Origin: Nitrospirota bacterium
GTDB lineage: Bacteria > Nitrospirota > UBA9217
Direction: 5' to 3'
DNA length: 64,000 nucleotides
NCBI GenBank assembly: GCA_035623825.1
Contig: DASPSR010000007.1
Span: 224,603 to 288,602 of the forward strand
The first letter of the stretch is position 1. Each line of letters begins with the position of its first letter. The notes beneath the pieces are model-generated. The model worked only from the letters and a program-made list of their open reading frames with translations. It did no database searches and was not told the DNA's origin. The position numbers and the translations under genes were made by a program. Shown here piece by piece: positions 40,949 through 51,363 of this stretch.

Positions 40949-41080
40949 TGTATGCTATCCTAGACTGTAGGAAAAACTACATTCCTTTAAGCATCCGCTT
41001 CAGGATATGGTTTCCTCTTCCTCTAACAATCTGATTTTATTGCATGATTTGAAACAATCCGTTTTGGCCTGTGCATTGCA
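40949..41080 (+). promoter_or_regulatory. Putative sigma54 promoter with upstream TGT-N10-ACA activator sites
   Basis: TGGCCTGTGCATTGCA (GG-N10-GC) at 41065-41080; TGTAG-N6-CTACA at 40966-81 and 40707-22; variant at 40949-64. Confidence 0.55.
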
Positions 41081-41103
41081 TTTATCCATTCAGGAGGAAC
41101 ACC

Positions 41104-42351
41104 ATGCGCTCACTATTCATTGTTCTCTTGATCGCTCTGATCTCCTGTCCGGCGGTATCTTGGGCTGAAGAGGCCGTAATAACCCTCAAAGAACTGGAGC
41201 AGGAAGCCCTCAAGAACAACCCTGAGATAGCAATGGCCGATAAAAAGACGGAGTCCGCGAAGGAGAAGGAGAGCGCGGCCTCGGCCATGCCGGACCCCAT
41301 GATCGGGTACGAGATCCAGAACGTGGGAGCGCTTGGAACATCGACAGTCGGGATTGAGGAGATGAGCATGCAGGGGTTCGTGGTCTCCCAGGAGATCCCG
41401 TTCCCGGGCAAGCTTTCAACGAAAGGCAACGCGGCACACAAGCAGGCCGAGCGTGAACAGGAAAACAGCCGCGCGACTAAGTTCAGGATCTTGAGCAGTC
41501 TCAGGAGCGCCTATTTCGACTACCACCTTGCCTATCGTGCGGCCGATATCCTGGAGCAGAACAAGGAGATCATGAAAAACTTCCAGCATATCGCCGAGAC
41601 ACGCTTTGCAACGGGACAGGGGATCCAGCAGGACGTGCTTCGGGCGCAGCTGGAAGTTTCCATGCTGATCGAGAAGCTCACGATGCAGGAACAGAAAAGG
41701 GAGACGCAGCGCGCATTGATCAACGCCCTTCTCGGCCGCGACCCACGGGGCCCGCTCGGGAGGCCGGGAAACAGCCTCGACACGACGTATCCAGCCAGAC
41801 TCGATGATCTGAGCGCTAGGGCCCTTGAACACTCCCCGATGCTTGCCGGAAAGAGGAGAATGGTCGAGCAGAGTGAATATGAATTGTCCATGAGCAAACG
41901 GGAGTATTTGCCCGATATGACGGCTTCGGTCGGCAGGTTCGAACGGGGAGGGCTCAAAGACGTATGGCAGGCGAGCGTAATGTTCAAGGTCCCGCTTTAT
42001 TTCTGGAACAAGTCTGCCGCGGTAAGGGCCGCAGACGCGGACCTGCACTCCGCTCGTTATGAGTACGATGCCGACAAGATCGCCACGCTGTCCCGGGTCA
42101 ATGAGCTCTATACCATGGCAAAGACATCTGAACAGTTGTTGAATCTCTATGACGCCGGCATCCTGCCTCAGGCACGGCTCGCCCTAAAGTCCGCGACGAC
42201 CAATTATGAGGTCGGCAAAATAGACTTTTTGTCACTGCTTGAGAGCCAATCCGTGCTTTTTCAATATCAACTGCAATATGAGAATGAACTGGTGAACTTG
42301 AACAGGACCATTTCCATGATATCCGAGATAATCGGAGAGGATGAACAATGA
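41104..42351 (+). CDS. TolC-family outer membrane efflux protein (CusC-like)
   Basis: Signal peptide, ALKNNPEI, Q.IPFPGKL, Y..G.IDFL.LL. Confidence 0.88.
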   Translation: MRSLFIVLLIALISCPAVSWAEEAVITLKELEQEALKNNPEIAMADKKTESAKEKESAASAMPDPMIGYEIQNVGALGTSTVGIEEMSMQGFVVSQEIPFPGKLSTKGNAAHKQAEREQENSRATKFRILSSLRSAYFDYHLAYRAADILEQNKEIMKNFQHIAETRFATGQGIQQDVLRAQLEVSMLIEKLTMQEQKRETQRALINALLGRDPRGPLGRPGNSLDTTYPARLDDLSARALEHSPMLAGKRRMVEQSEYELSMSKREYLPDMTASVGRFERGGLKDVWQASVMFKVPLYFWNKSAAVRAADADLHSARYEYDADKIATLSRVNELYTMAKTSEQLLNLYDAGILPQARLALKSATTNYEVGKIDFLSLLESQSVLFQYQLQYENELVNLNRTISMISEIIGEDEQ

Positions 42352-43538
42352 AAAAGTCTATCATATATTTTCAAAGCTCGGTTGTCGTTCTGCTTGTTCT
42401 TCTTTTTCTCGCTGTGGCTTCCGCCCAGGATCATGCCGGTCATCAACAGACTGGGGAGGGCGCGACCCAGCCCAAGAATGAACAGCACGAGGCTCCGAAT
42501 CCGGGTGTGCAGGAGACGATGCCCACAGTTGTGCTCAGTCCCGATAGGGTGCAGCTGATCGGCGTGCGGACCGCGCCGGCTGAATATCATGTTGTAGACA
42601 GGCGCATCCGTACGGTAGGCAAGGTGGAGCCTGACGAGACGAGGCTTGCTTTTGTGAACACGAAGATAACCGGATGGGTCAAGAAGCTATATGTGAATTT
42701 CACGGGAGATCGTGTTGAGAAAGGCCAGCCTCTCCTCTCGATTTACAGCCCGGACCTGGTAACAGCGCAGGAGGAGTATCTGCTTGCCCTTCGTTCCCTC
42801 AAAAGTTCTCCGACTGTAACGGGCGGTTTCTCTGAATTGGAGGATGCCCGCAGGGAGCTGCTGGAATCCTCCAAAAGACGCCTGCTCCTGTGGGACATTA
42901 CCGAACAGCAGATAGATGATCTCGAGAAAACCGGGAAACCGAAGACGGAGATAACGCTGGAGGCGCCGCTGAGCGGCATCGTCCTGGAAAAGATGGTACT
43001 GGACGGCACATATATCACGCCAGGGATGAACCTGTACAGGATCGCTGACCTATCACGCGTCTGGATCATTGCGGATATTTACGAATTTGAGGCGCCGATC
43101 GTCAAGATCGGGCAGGAGGCCCTTGTCACATTCGCCTATGAGCCCGGAGTTTCTATCAGGGCTTCGGTGATCTATATCTATCCGGTGCTCGATCCCATGA
43201 CAAGGACCATCAAAGTCCGGCTGGCAGCCGAAAACCCCGAACTCAAGCTGAAACCGGAAATGTTCTCGAATGTGGAGATCATGGCTGCAACCGGGGCCCG
43301 GCTCACTATCCCGACCGAGGCCCTCATCGACTCCGGCCCGCGAAAGATCGTGTACGTGGAGAAAAAACCAGGTACCTACGAGATGCGCCAGGTGACGCTC
43401 GGCATCAGGGGAACGGACTACGTTGAAGTATTGAAAGGAATACGAAAAGGAGAGCGCGTGGTGACGTCAGGTAATTTCCTGATCGACTCCGAGAGCCAGC
43501 TCCGCGCGGGGCCAGGCGGGGGAGGGCATCAGCATTAA
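42348..43538 (+). CDS. cusB: CusB-like RND periplasmic adaptor
   Basis: YSPDLVTAQEEYL, LKPEMF, SGNFLIDSES, His-containing termini. Confidence 0.85.
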   Translation: MKKSIIYFQSSVVVLLVLLFLAVASAQDHAGHQQTGEGATQPKNEQHEAPNPGVQETMPTVVLSPDRVQLIGVRTAPAEYHVVDRRIRTVGKVEPDETRLAFVNTKITGWVKKLYVNFTGDRVEKGQPLLSIYSPDLVTAQEEYLLALRSLKSSPTVTGGFSELEDARRELLESSKRRLLLWDITEQQIDDLEKTGKPKTEITLEAPLSGIVLEKMVLDGTYITPGMNLYRIADLSRVWIIADIYEFEAPIVKIGQEALVTFAYEPGVSIRASVIYIYPVLDPMTRTIKVRLAAENPELKLKPEMFSNVEIMAATGARLTIPTEALIDSGPRKIVYVEKKPGTYEMRQVTLGIRGTDYVEVLKGIRKGERVVTSGNFLIDSESQLRAGPGGGGHQH

Positions 43539-43606
43539 CACCGGGAGGCACGAGATATGGGGGTGAGAGATATCCAGATTCTGACATTTGAACTTAAGGA
43601 TGAACC

Positions 43607-46600
43607 ATGTTAGCCAAAATCATTGACCTGTCGGCACGAAATAAATTCCTTGTTTTCCTGGTAGTGGTCTTTCTGATCGCGTGGGGAGTCTGGGCGATCT
43701 ACAGCACCCCCCTGGACGCCATCCCCGATCTTTCCGATGTGCAGGTGATCGTCTACACCGAGTGGACGGGCAGGAGCCCGGACCTGGTCGAGGACCAGAT
43801 CACCTACCCGATCGTGTCCACGCTGCTTGCCGCACCCAAGGTAAAGGTGGTGCGTGGAAAGTCCTTTCTCGGCGTATCCTTCGTATACGCTATATTTCAG
43901 GACGGCACCGACATTTACTGGGCCAGGAGCCGCGTATTGGAGTATTTGCAAGGGGTGGCCGGCCGGTTGCCTGCGGGCGTGACGCCTGTGCTTGGGCCGG
44001 ATGCCACGGGCGTAGGTTGGGGTTTCCAATATGCGCTGGTGGACGAAAACGGCACGCACGATCTTGCCCAGCTCCGCTCGCTCCAGGATTGGACCCTGAA
44101 ATATGCCCTTGCTTCCGTGCAGGGCGTCTCTGAAGTGGCGAGCGTCGGGGGGTTCGTGAAGCAGTATCAGGTCACCGTGGACCCGAACCGGACCCACGCC
44201 TACAAACTTTCCCTGATGAAGGTCATGGAGGCGATCCGCAGGAGCAACAGCGATGTCGAGGGCAGGGTGGTCGAGTGGTCGGGCCGGGAGTATATGATCC
44301 GCGGTCGCGGCTACATCAAGGACAAAACGGATATTGAAAAAATCGTTGTCAGCACCGACGGCAAGGGGACGCCCGTGCTCTTGCGCGACGTTGCGGATGT
44401 GCGCCTCGGGCCTGAAATGCGGCGAGGAGCGGGAGATCTCGACGGTAAAGGTGAAGCCGTGGGCGGCATCGTCGTCGTCCGTTTCGGTGAGAACGTGCTC
44501 GGAGTCATCGAGAGGGTGAAGCAAAAGATAAAGGAGATCGAGCCTTCCCTGCCTGCGGGAGTAAAGATCGTCACGACCTATGATCGCTCGGAACTGATAC
44601 ACAGCTCAGTTGATACGCTCAAGGAAGAGATCGTAAAGCTGGGTTTGGCCGTGAGCGTCGTCTGCCTTGTGTTCCTGTTCCATCTGCCCAGCGCCTTTGT
44701 GGTGATCCTGACGCTCCCGATTGCGATCCTGATGTCCTTTATTTGCATGTATTATCTGCGGATCAGCTCGAATATCATGAGCCTTTCAGGAATCGCGATC
44801 GCTATCGGCGCTATGGTGGACGCCTCGATCATCATGGTCGAGAACGCGCACAAGAAACTGGAGGACTGGGAGGCGAGCGGCAAGACGCACGGCTCGCGCG
44901 TGGATGTGATCATCCATGCTGCCCAAGAGGTCGGTCCATCGCTCTTCTTCTCGCTCTTGGTTATAACGGTCGGTTTTCTTCCCGTGTTCACGCTCGAGGA
45001 GCAGGCTGGGCGGCTCTTCAAACCGCTCGCCTACACCAAGACCTTCTCCATGCTCTTCGCGAGCTTCCTGGCCATCACGCTCACGCCGGTATTGATGACT
45101 CTCTTCATCAAGGGAAAGATCCGGCACGAGGACGACAACCCGGTCAGCCATTTTCTCATTAAGTTCTACCATCCCGTGGCTAAATTTTCGCTCCACTATC
45201 GGAAACTTGTCATCATTGTCGCCGTCTTGATCGTGATCATCACGGTTTTTCCCTTCTCGAAGCTCGGCTCGGAGTTCATGCCGCCCCTGTATGAGGGCAC
45301 CCTCCTGTTCATGCCCTCGGCGCTTCCCGGCGCTTCGATCACGACTATGACGGACATTCTCCAGGCTGAAGACCGGATACTGAAGCAGTTCCCGGAAGTG
45401 GAAAGGGTCTTCGGCAAGACAGGCCGCGCTGAGACTCCTACTGACCCCGCACCCCTTGAAATGGTTGAGACGAACGTGACCTTGAAGCCGATGAAAGAAT
45501 GGCGTCCCCAGTTCACCAGATGGGAGGACCTGCGGGACGAGATGGATAACGCCCTTACGATCCCCGGCGTGGCTAACACCTGGACCATGCCAATCATCGG
45601 CAGGATCGACATGCTCTCCACGGGGATCAGGACGCCCCTAGGCATCAAGATATTCGGCCCTCGGCTAGATGAGATCGAGCGGATAGGCCTCGATGTTGAG
45701 AAGACCATCCGTGAAGTGCCGGGCACCCGAGGGGTCTATGCGGAACGCGCGAACACAGGCTACTTCCTTGATTTCACCATAAACCGCGATGAAATTGCTC
45801 GATATGGTTTCACGGTGGACGACGTGCAGGAGATCATTCAATCGTCCATAGGCGGTATGAATCTCACCACCACGGTTGAGGGAAGGGAACGCTACCCCGT
45901 GAATGTCCGTTATCCCAGGGAACTGCGCGACGACATCGAAAAGTTAAGGCGTGTGCTCGTGCCTCTTATGGACGGTAACCACGTGCCGCTTGCGCAGCTT
46001 GCAGATATCAAGGTTGCCCGTGGCCCCGGCCTTGTGCAGAGCGAGGGCGGAAGGCTTACAGCCGCGGTGACTCTCAACATCGAAGGGAGCGACTTCGGCG
46101 GGTATGTGATGCGGGCCAATAAGGCAATTGCTGAAAAAGTGAAGCTGCTTCCCGGCTATAGCCTCAAATGGAGTGGCCAGTACGAGTACATGGAGAGCGT
46201 GAAGGCCAAGCTCTTCTATGTGATCCCCCTCACGCTGCTTATCATCATTGTGCTGATCTACTTGAATACGACGTCATGGCTTAAGACGGCCATTGTGCTC
46301 CTGGCCGTGCCGTTCTCGCTCGTGGGCACTGTGTGGCTCCTCTACTACCTCGGCTACCACATGAGCACCGCGGTCTGGGTCGGCGTGATCGCCCTTGCCG
46401 GGCTCGATGCCGAGACGGGCATCGTGATGCTTCTCTACCTCGACCTTTCGTATAACCGGTGGAACCAGGAAGGCAGGATCAACACCCTGCGCGACATTGA
46501 AGACGCGGTCATGGAAGGTGCGGTGAAGCGGATCCGGCCTAAGATCATGACCGCATCGGTGATCTTGGCGGGACTCGTGCCGATCATGTTCTCGACCGGA

Positions 46601-46759
46601 ACGGGCGCGGATGTGATGAAGCGCATCGCTGCGCCCATGGTTGGTGGCGTAGTCACATCAACCATACTAGAACTCATCATCTATCCAGCCATTTACGTTA
46701 TCTGGAAGGAACGGGTATTAAAAAGGGAAACATCGAGAAAAACAGAGATTTCGGATTGA
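43607..46759 (+). CDS. cusA: CusA-type heavy-metal RND permease
   Basis: DAIPDLSDVQVI, YWARSRVLEYL, GAMVDA, APLEMVET, RPKIMT. Confidence 0.93.
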   Translation: MLAKIIDLSARNKFLVFLVVVFLIAWGVWAIYSTPLDAIPDLSDVQVIVYTEWTGRSPDLVEDQITYPIVSTLLAAPKVKVVRGKSFLGVSFVYAIFQDGTDIYWARSRVLEYLQGVAGRLPAGVTPVLGPDATGVGWGFQYALVDENGTHDLAQLRSLQDWTLKYALASVQGVSEVASVGGFVKQYQVTVDPNRTHAYKLSLMKVMEAIRRSNSDVEGRVVEWSGREYMIRGRGYIKDKTDIEKIVVSTDGKGTPVLLRDVADVRLGPEMRRGAGDLDGKGEAVGGIVVVRFGENVLGVIERVKQKIKEIEPSLPAGVKIVTTYDRSELIHSSVDTLKEEIVKLGLAVSVVCLVFLFHLPSAFVVILTLPIAILMSFICMYYLRISSNIMSLSGIAIAIGAMVDASIIMVENAHKKLEDWEASGKTHGSRVDVIIHAAQEVGPSLFFSLLVITVGFLPVFTLEEQAGRLFKPLAYTKTFSMLFASFLAITLTPVLMTLFIKGKIRHEDDNPVSHFLIKFYHPVAKFSLHYRKLVIIVAVLIVIITVFPFSKLGSEFMPPLYEGTLLFMPSALPGASITTMTDILQAEDRILKQFPEVERVFGKTGRAETPTDPAPLEMVETNVTLKPMKEWRPQFTRWEDLRDEMDNALTIPGVANTWTMPIIGRIDMLSTGIRTPLGIKIFGPRLDEIERIGLDVEKTIREVPGTRGVYAERANTGYFLDFTINRDEIARYGFTVDDVQEIIQSSIGGMNLTTTVEGRERYPVNVRYPRELRDDIEKLRRVLVPLMDGNHVPLAQLADIKVARGPGLVQSEGGRLTAAVTLNIEGSDFGGYVMRANKAIAEKVKLLPGYSLKWSGQYEYMESVKAKLFYVIPLTLLIIIVLIYLNTTSWLKTAIVLLAVPFSLVGTVWLLYYLGYHMSTAVWVGVIALAGLDAETGIVMLLYLDLSYNRWNQEGRINTLRDIEDAVMEGAVKRIRPKIMTASVILAGLVPIMFSTGTGADVMKRIAAPMVGGVVTSTILELIIYPAIYVIWKERVLKRETSRKTEISD

Positions 46760-46930
46760 AGCGTGGTTAGGTTTCCTCTTCATATACACATACACCTCAC
46801 AGCATGCGGCAAACAAATCGCGTCTTACCACAATGGACATTGATGTTCTCATTCAAAAGCCGGTCAGATCTAACGGGAAAATTCAACGAGCGAGTGCAAT
46901 TTAGTAGAATCATCAACCTAACGACAACTT

Positions 46931-46970
46931 AAAGGGCAGCCGGATTTATATTCCGGCTGCCCTAAACTTT
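46931..46970. terminator. Hairpin/terminator between convergent cusA and J-like/HTH genes
   Basis: AGGGCAGCCGGA-tttatat-TCCGGCTGCCCT, 12-bp perfect stem. Confidence 0.75.
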
Positions 46971-47048
46971 GTAACCCGACCACTTCGATCTTCCCGTCGC
47001 TCCGTTGAGTAGTTTGAAGCAGACGTCGATCATTTTCTTTGCTCCGTA

Positions 47049-47747
47049 TCAGACCTCTTGCTTTTTACGAAGGGAATGAGGGAATCCGGTCGCTGCGTCG
47101 TATCGCTTGAGGTAATCGCTGGCCATCCGTTCAGGATCATATCCAATGGCCTTTGCGTAGAGCATGAGGAAGCCTCGAATATACGCCCGCGCTGGAAGCT
47201 TCTTAAAATTTTCTTCTTCAATGAGCTCCAAGTAACGAGCATTTACCTTGGTCATATCTGCGATATCCCGTATGCTCAGTTCCCGTTGTTCTCTTAAGAC
47301 TTTGATCACAGGGCCGGTAAATTCACCAATAAAGGGAGGAACCGGAGCGGCCTCTTCCTGCACAGGCCTGGGAGTGGCCGGCGCGTCGGGACTGGTAACC
47401 GCGAGCTGGTTTTCCTTCTGTACGGTGGCAGGCGTCCGGGCGGGCCGTGGCTGATATTTTAGGCCAGGCCGAGGGGGGGGAGGAATATCCGGCAATTCAT
47501 GCCGGTCTCTCAGCATTGCATCATACTTCTTCCGGTTATCCTCGTACACGAGGGTGCGATATGCCTCCTCAATCCGCTGGTTTATCACGACGGTCTCCTC
47601 GGGCGTGAAGAGCGAATAGAGCGCAATGGAGTTCGGATCATATACCCGTCGGACCCGTTCGTAAGCCTTGTGGATTTCCTGGGAGGTCGCCGCGGGGCTG
47701 ACTTCCAGCAGTTCATAAAAGTTCAGGTCTTCTATTTTCTTGATCAT
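47049..47747 (-). CDS. J-like domain (no HPD) fused to RodZ-like HTH
   Basis: FYELLEV...EIHKAY...IEEAY.TL...RKKYD; C-terminal LREQRELSI.DIA..TKV...YL..IEE..F..LP...Y.RGFL..YA. Confidence 0.8.
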   Translation of the reverse strand: MIKKIEDLNFYELLEVSPAATSQEIHKAYERVRRVYDPNSIALYSLFTPEETVVINQRIEEAYRTLVYEDNRKKYDAMLRDRHELPDIPPPPRPGLKYQPRPARTPATVQKENQLAVTSPDAPATPRPVQEEAAPVPPFIGEFTGPVIKVLREQRELSIRDIADMTKVNARYLELIEEENFKKLPARAYIRGFLMLYAKAIGYDPERMASDYLKRYDAATGFPHSLRKKQEV

Positions 47748-47758
47748 GATGCCACCGC

Positions 47759-48703
47759 CTAATAAAACGTGCTGAGAGTCAGCTGTTCTTTCCTGAGCAG
47801 ATTGTGGACGATACGTTCGATGCAGCGCGATGGCCGCGAGTAGGGGTATTCGATCGTAAGCGGCCGTTTGCTCCGGATGGACTGCCACACGCAATCGTCG
47901 TATTCCACATAACCCAGATACTCCAGGTTGATGCCGAAATACTTCTGACATGCGCTTTTCATCGAAAAGCCGATCTGTATGTCGTTCTTCGTCCGTACTT
48001 GGTTCACGATCAGCTTGGGTCTGAACTTGAGCACTTCGAGCTCTAGGATCTCTCCCACTTCCCGCTCCAACGTCCTTACGTGCTCGATGAGATCATAGGG
48101 CGTGCGGACACCCATGGTGTTCTTCTGGTCCATAGCGGCATCAATGAGGTCTTTGATCCCCTGGTGCGTCACGACCTTCTTGAACCGCCGATAGAAGGCG
48201 CTCTTGATGAACCGGTAGGCATTCTCGATGGCTGTGGGCTCTGGAAGAACCACGAGGATGCCGTGGTCAGAGAACAAGAAGAAGTCGATGATATTGAACG
48301 ATGTCCCCGCGCCGAGGTCGAGCAGAATATAGTCCGCATCGAGGGTCTCAAGGTGCCTGAGAAGCCGTGTTTTTTGTGCAAAATTGGGATTGGCCGCGTC
48401 AAGAAAGTCCTGAGCACCGCTGATGAGGCTCACGTTTGGGATGTTCGTCTTAATGACGATGTCTTGAATGTTTTCCGTGCGCCGGTTCAGAAAGTCGGAG
48501 AGCGTCATTTCCGGCACGCCGATACCGAGCGTCGTATGGAGGTTAGCTCCGCCCAGATCCGCGTCCACCAGCAGGACTTTTTGCTTGAGGCGAGAGAGGC
48601 AAATGCCTATATTGCCGGTGAGCAGGCTTTTGCCAATCCCGCCCTTGCCACCGCCAATGGCCCAGATTTCCTTCTTGCGAAGAGCATCTTGGAGGTCTAG
48701 CAT
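47759..48703 (-). CDS. MinD/FleN-like ParA-family ATPase
   Basis: GGKGGIGKS, VDADLGGANLH, DLGAG, PEPTAIENAY. Confidence 0.88.
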   Translation of the reverse strand: MLDLQDALRKKEIWAIGGGKGGIGKSLLTGNIGICLSRLKQKVLLVDADLGGANLHTTLGIGVPEMTLSDFLNRRTENIQDIVIKTNIPNVSLISGAQDFLDAANPNFAQKTRLLRHLETLDADYILLDLGAGTSFNIIDFFLFSDHGILVVLPEPTAIENAYRFIKSAFYRRFKKVVTHQGIKDLIDAAMDQKNTMGVRTPYDLIEHVRTLEREVGEILELEVLKFRPKLIVNQVRTKNDIQIGFSMKSACQKYFGINLEYLGYVEYDDCVWQSIRSKRPLTIEYPYSRPSRCIERIVHNLLRKEQLTLSTFY

Positions 48704-48705
48704 CG

Positions 48706-49362
48706 TTAAATGTTCTCCTTGAGCGCGATTTCTTCTTCAGTCGCCGATTCAGCTGCATCCATTGAGGAAGTTGCCTCTTCAGACGAGGCCGCGGCCGCGC
48801 CTTCAAGGGGAACCTCTTCCATGACCTCCTCGCCGGCATCGAGTTCCCGGAATTCTTTGAGCGTCGGCAAGGCCGAGAGGTCCTTTAACCCGAAGTACTG
48901 GAGGAATTCCGGCGTGGAGCCGTACATCATGGGCCTGCCCGGAACGTCTTTCTTGCCCACGATCTTTATGAGGCGACGCTCCATGAGGTTTCGGAGAATG
49001 CCGCCGACGTTGACCCCGCGGATAGCCTCCACCTCAGTACGAGTAATGGGCTGCTTATAGGCCACGATGGCAAGCGTCTCGAGTGCAGCCTTCGAGAGTT
49101 TGGTTGAGACTTTGACGGAGCGGAACTTCCGTATCCACGAGACGTAATCCGGTCTTGTCGCGAGTTGGTACCCGCCGGCTACTTCGGCCAGCATGACGCC
49201 CGCGCCGCGGTTGTCATACTCCTGTCGCAGCGCCTGAATCTGAGCCTCGATCTGCTCTGGCGCTGCCTCCTCGAAAAGGTCCTTCAGTCTGTCAAGGGAC
49301 AGAGGATTGCTCGAGATAAAAAGCAGCGCCTCGATTGCCGACTTCAATTGTTGATCTTCCAA
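48706..49362 (-). CDS. scpB: SMC partner ScpB
   Basis: IEALLF, GGYQL.T, LS.AALETLAIVAYKQPITR.E.EAIRGV, FL.YFGL..L. Confidence 0.95.
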   Translation of the reverse strand: MEDQQLKSAIEALLFISSNPLSLDRLKDLFEEAAPEQIEAQIQALRQEYDNRGAGVMLAEVAGGYQLATRPDYVSWIRKFRSVKVSTKLSKAALETLAIVAYKQPITRTEVEAIRGVNVGGILRNLMERRLIKIVGKKDVPGRPMMYGSTPEFLQYFGLKDLSALPTLKEFRELDAGEEVMEEVPLEGAAAASSEEATSSMDAAESATEEEIALKENI

Positions 49363-49491
49363 AAGTATGCTACCTCACAAAAAAGTCAAAAAGATGTCCT
49401 GGCGCTGGAAGAACGCAGAGAATAACCGAACAGACGATTTCATATTTTATCTGCATGCATCCGGAAGAATTGTCTTTCACGCGCTTCGATT

Positions 49492-50340
49492 TTACATCTC
49501 AGAGGGGTCACCGAGCTTCCCTAGGGCTACCTTAGCGTTCATCTTCACGTCGATATCCTTCGTGGTTTCAAGGATTTTTCGGACCTTCGGGATGGCGTCC
49601 TGTACGATTTCCGGGTTCGAGCCACCAATGTTCCCAAGTGCTGCGATGGCGTTCTTCACCGCGTTCGGGTGCTCGCTGTCCAGGTACTGCATCAGTCGTG
49701 GCACCAGGCTCGCTACTTCGTGAGGATAATGAAGGCCGATGGCGCCGAGAGCAAAGAGCACGCCGCCGCAGGTGGCTTCCTTTGAAAATTCCAAAACCTC
49801 GACAAGTTTAGGCAGGATGCCACGTATCAGCGCCGGCGCGTTGATGCCGACCTTTCCTAAGGCATGCGCTGCAGCCTCGCGTTCGTCGTCATCGCCCCGC
49901 TCTAGCATCTCGATCAAGCGCGGAACGGCGTCCTTCACGAGCTCCGTGTGGGCAAAGCCGATGTTTCCAAGAGCGTAGGCCGCCTCCCGGCGTACGAGGC
50001 TCTGCTCGTGGTTCAGGAGCTCCTTGAGCTTGGGTGCGGCCTTTGCTGCCGAGTCCTTGAAACTGAAGCCAAGGTTTCCGACAGCGTTAGCTGCATCGAT
50101 CTTGATGAACATGTCAGGGTCGTCCAAGAGCGCGATGAGTGTCGGGAGGTGTGGCCTTGTGTCGTTCGGGTAGTCGAAGCCCACACGCGCGAGCAGATTC
50201 AACGCGCCTGAACGCATGTCCCCGTTCTTTTCGGAAAGAAGCTTTACGATGTCGCCGATGAGCGAGCGGTCGGCGTAGACGGCGGTCTCGATATCGCCGA
50301 ATTTTTTCGCTTCTGCAAGCGTCTTGACGTCGGGTTTCAT
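49492..50340 (-). CDS. HEAT/PBS-lyase repeat protein
   Basis: Repeated P.L..LL......V...AA.ALG.IG units. Confidence 0.85.
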   Translation of the reverse strand: MKPDVKTLAEAKKFGDIETAVYADRSLIGDIVKLLSEKNGDMRSGALNLLARVGFDYPNDTRPHLPTLIALLDDPDMFIKIDAANAVGNLGFSFKDSAAKAAPKLKELLNHEQSLVRREAAYALGNIGFAHTELVKDAVPRLIEMLERGDDDEREAAAHALGKVGINAPALIRGILPKLVEVLEFSKEATCGGVLFALGAIGLHYPHEVASLVPRLMQYLDSEHPNAVKNAIAALGNIGGSNPEIVQDAIPKVRKILETTKDIDVKMNAKVALGKLGDPSEM

Positions 50341-50402
50341 AAGATTTTTTTAAGCCGCTACGAACTTGGAAAAAGATCGATTAAAGTGTCGTGCCGGCTT
50401 TC

Positions 50403-51161
50403 CTATCCGAAAAGATTGCCAGTAACCGTATCGCTATCCTGTGTTTCGGCCACGGCCTTCATGATCCGGATGGCTCCGAATTGCTCAATCTGAAACGCCT
50501 TCACCACCCGCGTCTTGATCAGTTCGAGGAGGGCAAGGAACGTCCCGATCACCTGAGCAGCGCTCGTGTTCCCCGCGAAGAGGTCAGCGAAAAGAATACT
50601 GTCGACGACCTCGAGCCGAGCCAGGATCTGGGAGATTTTTTCAGTGATCGAGACAGTCTCGGCCGTGATCTCGAACTTCTTGTCCGGGACTCGAGCCATT
50701 ACGTCTTTGAGCGCCGACAGCAGGTCGAACAGGTGAAAATCGAAGAGCAGAGGCTCGTCGTCTGCTGAAAGCTCAGGAGCGGCATCCACCGGGCGCGTGT
50801 ACACCCGCGACCATGCTTCCTCCTTTTCCTCGAGCGAGTTCGCAGCTTCCTTGAAACTCTTATACTCAAGTAGCCTCCGGATGAGTTCGGCCCTTGGGTC
50901 GATGCCGTCGTCCTCAGCATCGGGGTTTTCGGGGGGCGGCAGCAGCATTTTGGATTTGATGTGGGTGAGCGTCGATGCCATGACGAGGAATTCACCCGCA
51001 ATCTCCATGTCGAGGCTCTTCATGATGTCAATATATTCGAGGTACTGCTGGGTGATGAGTGCAATGGGAATATCGTATATGTCCAGTTCATGCTTCCTGA
51101 TGAGATGCAGGAGCAGATCCATTGGACCCTCAAAGATATCGAGTTTGATCTGGTACGCCAT
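50403..51161 (-). CDS. scpA: SMC kleisin ScpA
   Basis: FEGPMDLLLHLI, EFLVMA.TL..IKS.MLLP, FLALLEL. Confidence 0.95.
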   Translation of the reverse strand: MAYQIKLDIFEGPMDLLLHLIRKHELDIYDIPIALITQQYLEYIDIMKSLDMEIAGEFLVMASTLTHIKSKMLLPPPENPDAEDDGIDPRAELIRRLLEYKSFKEAANSLEEKEEAWSRVYTRPVDAAPELSADDEPLLFDFHLFDLLSALKDVMARVPDKKFEITAETVSITEKISQILARLEVVDSILFADLFAGNTSAAQVIGTFLALLELIKTRVVKAFQIEQFGAIRIMKAVAETQDSDTVTGNLFG

Positions 51162-51363
51162 GGATAGTTTGAGTCCCTTCGCGCATGGCCGTCGGGTAAC
51201 GGGCCATGGAGAGTAATTAAATAAAAATTAGCTTTATTTGCCCGAAAAGTCAAGAGGAAACATCATTCAAAGCATACAGCTCTTAACTTAAGGTTAGAGG
51301 AAAAGCCATTATTCAAGTCTCCAGTCTCTGGTATAATGAAGGTAACGAGATAGGAGATGATAG

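Noticed and set aside
40583-40950. Short ORFs or ncRNA between cpoB and the efflux operon
   Set aside because: Only short frames without SD or motif; better explained as regulatory DNA.
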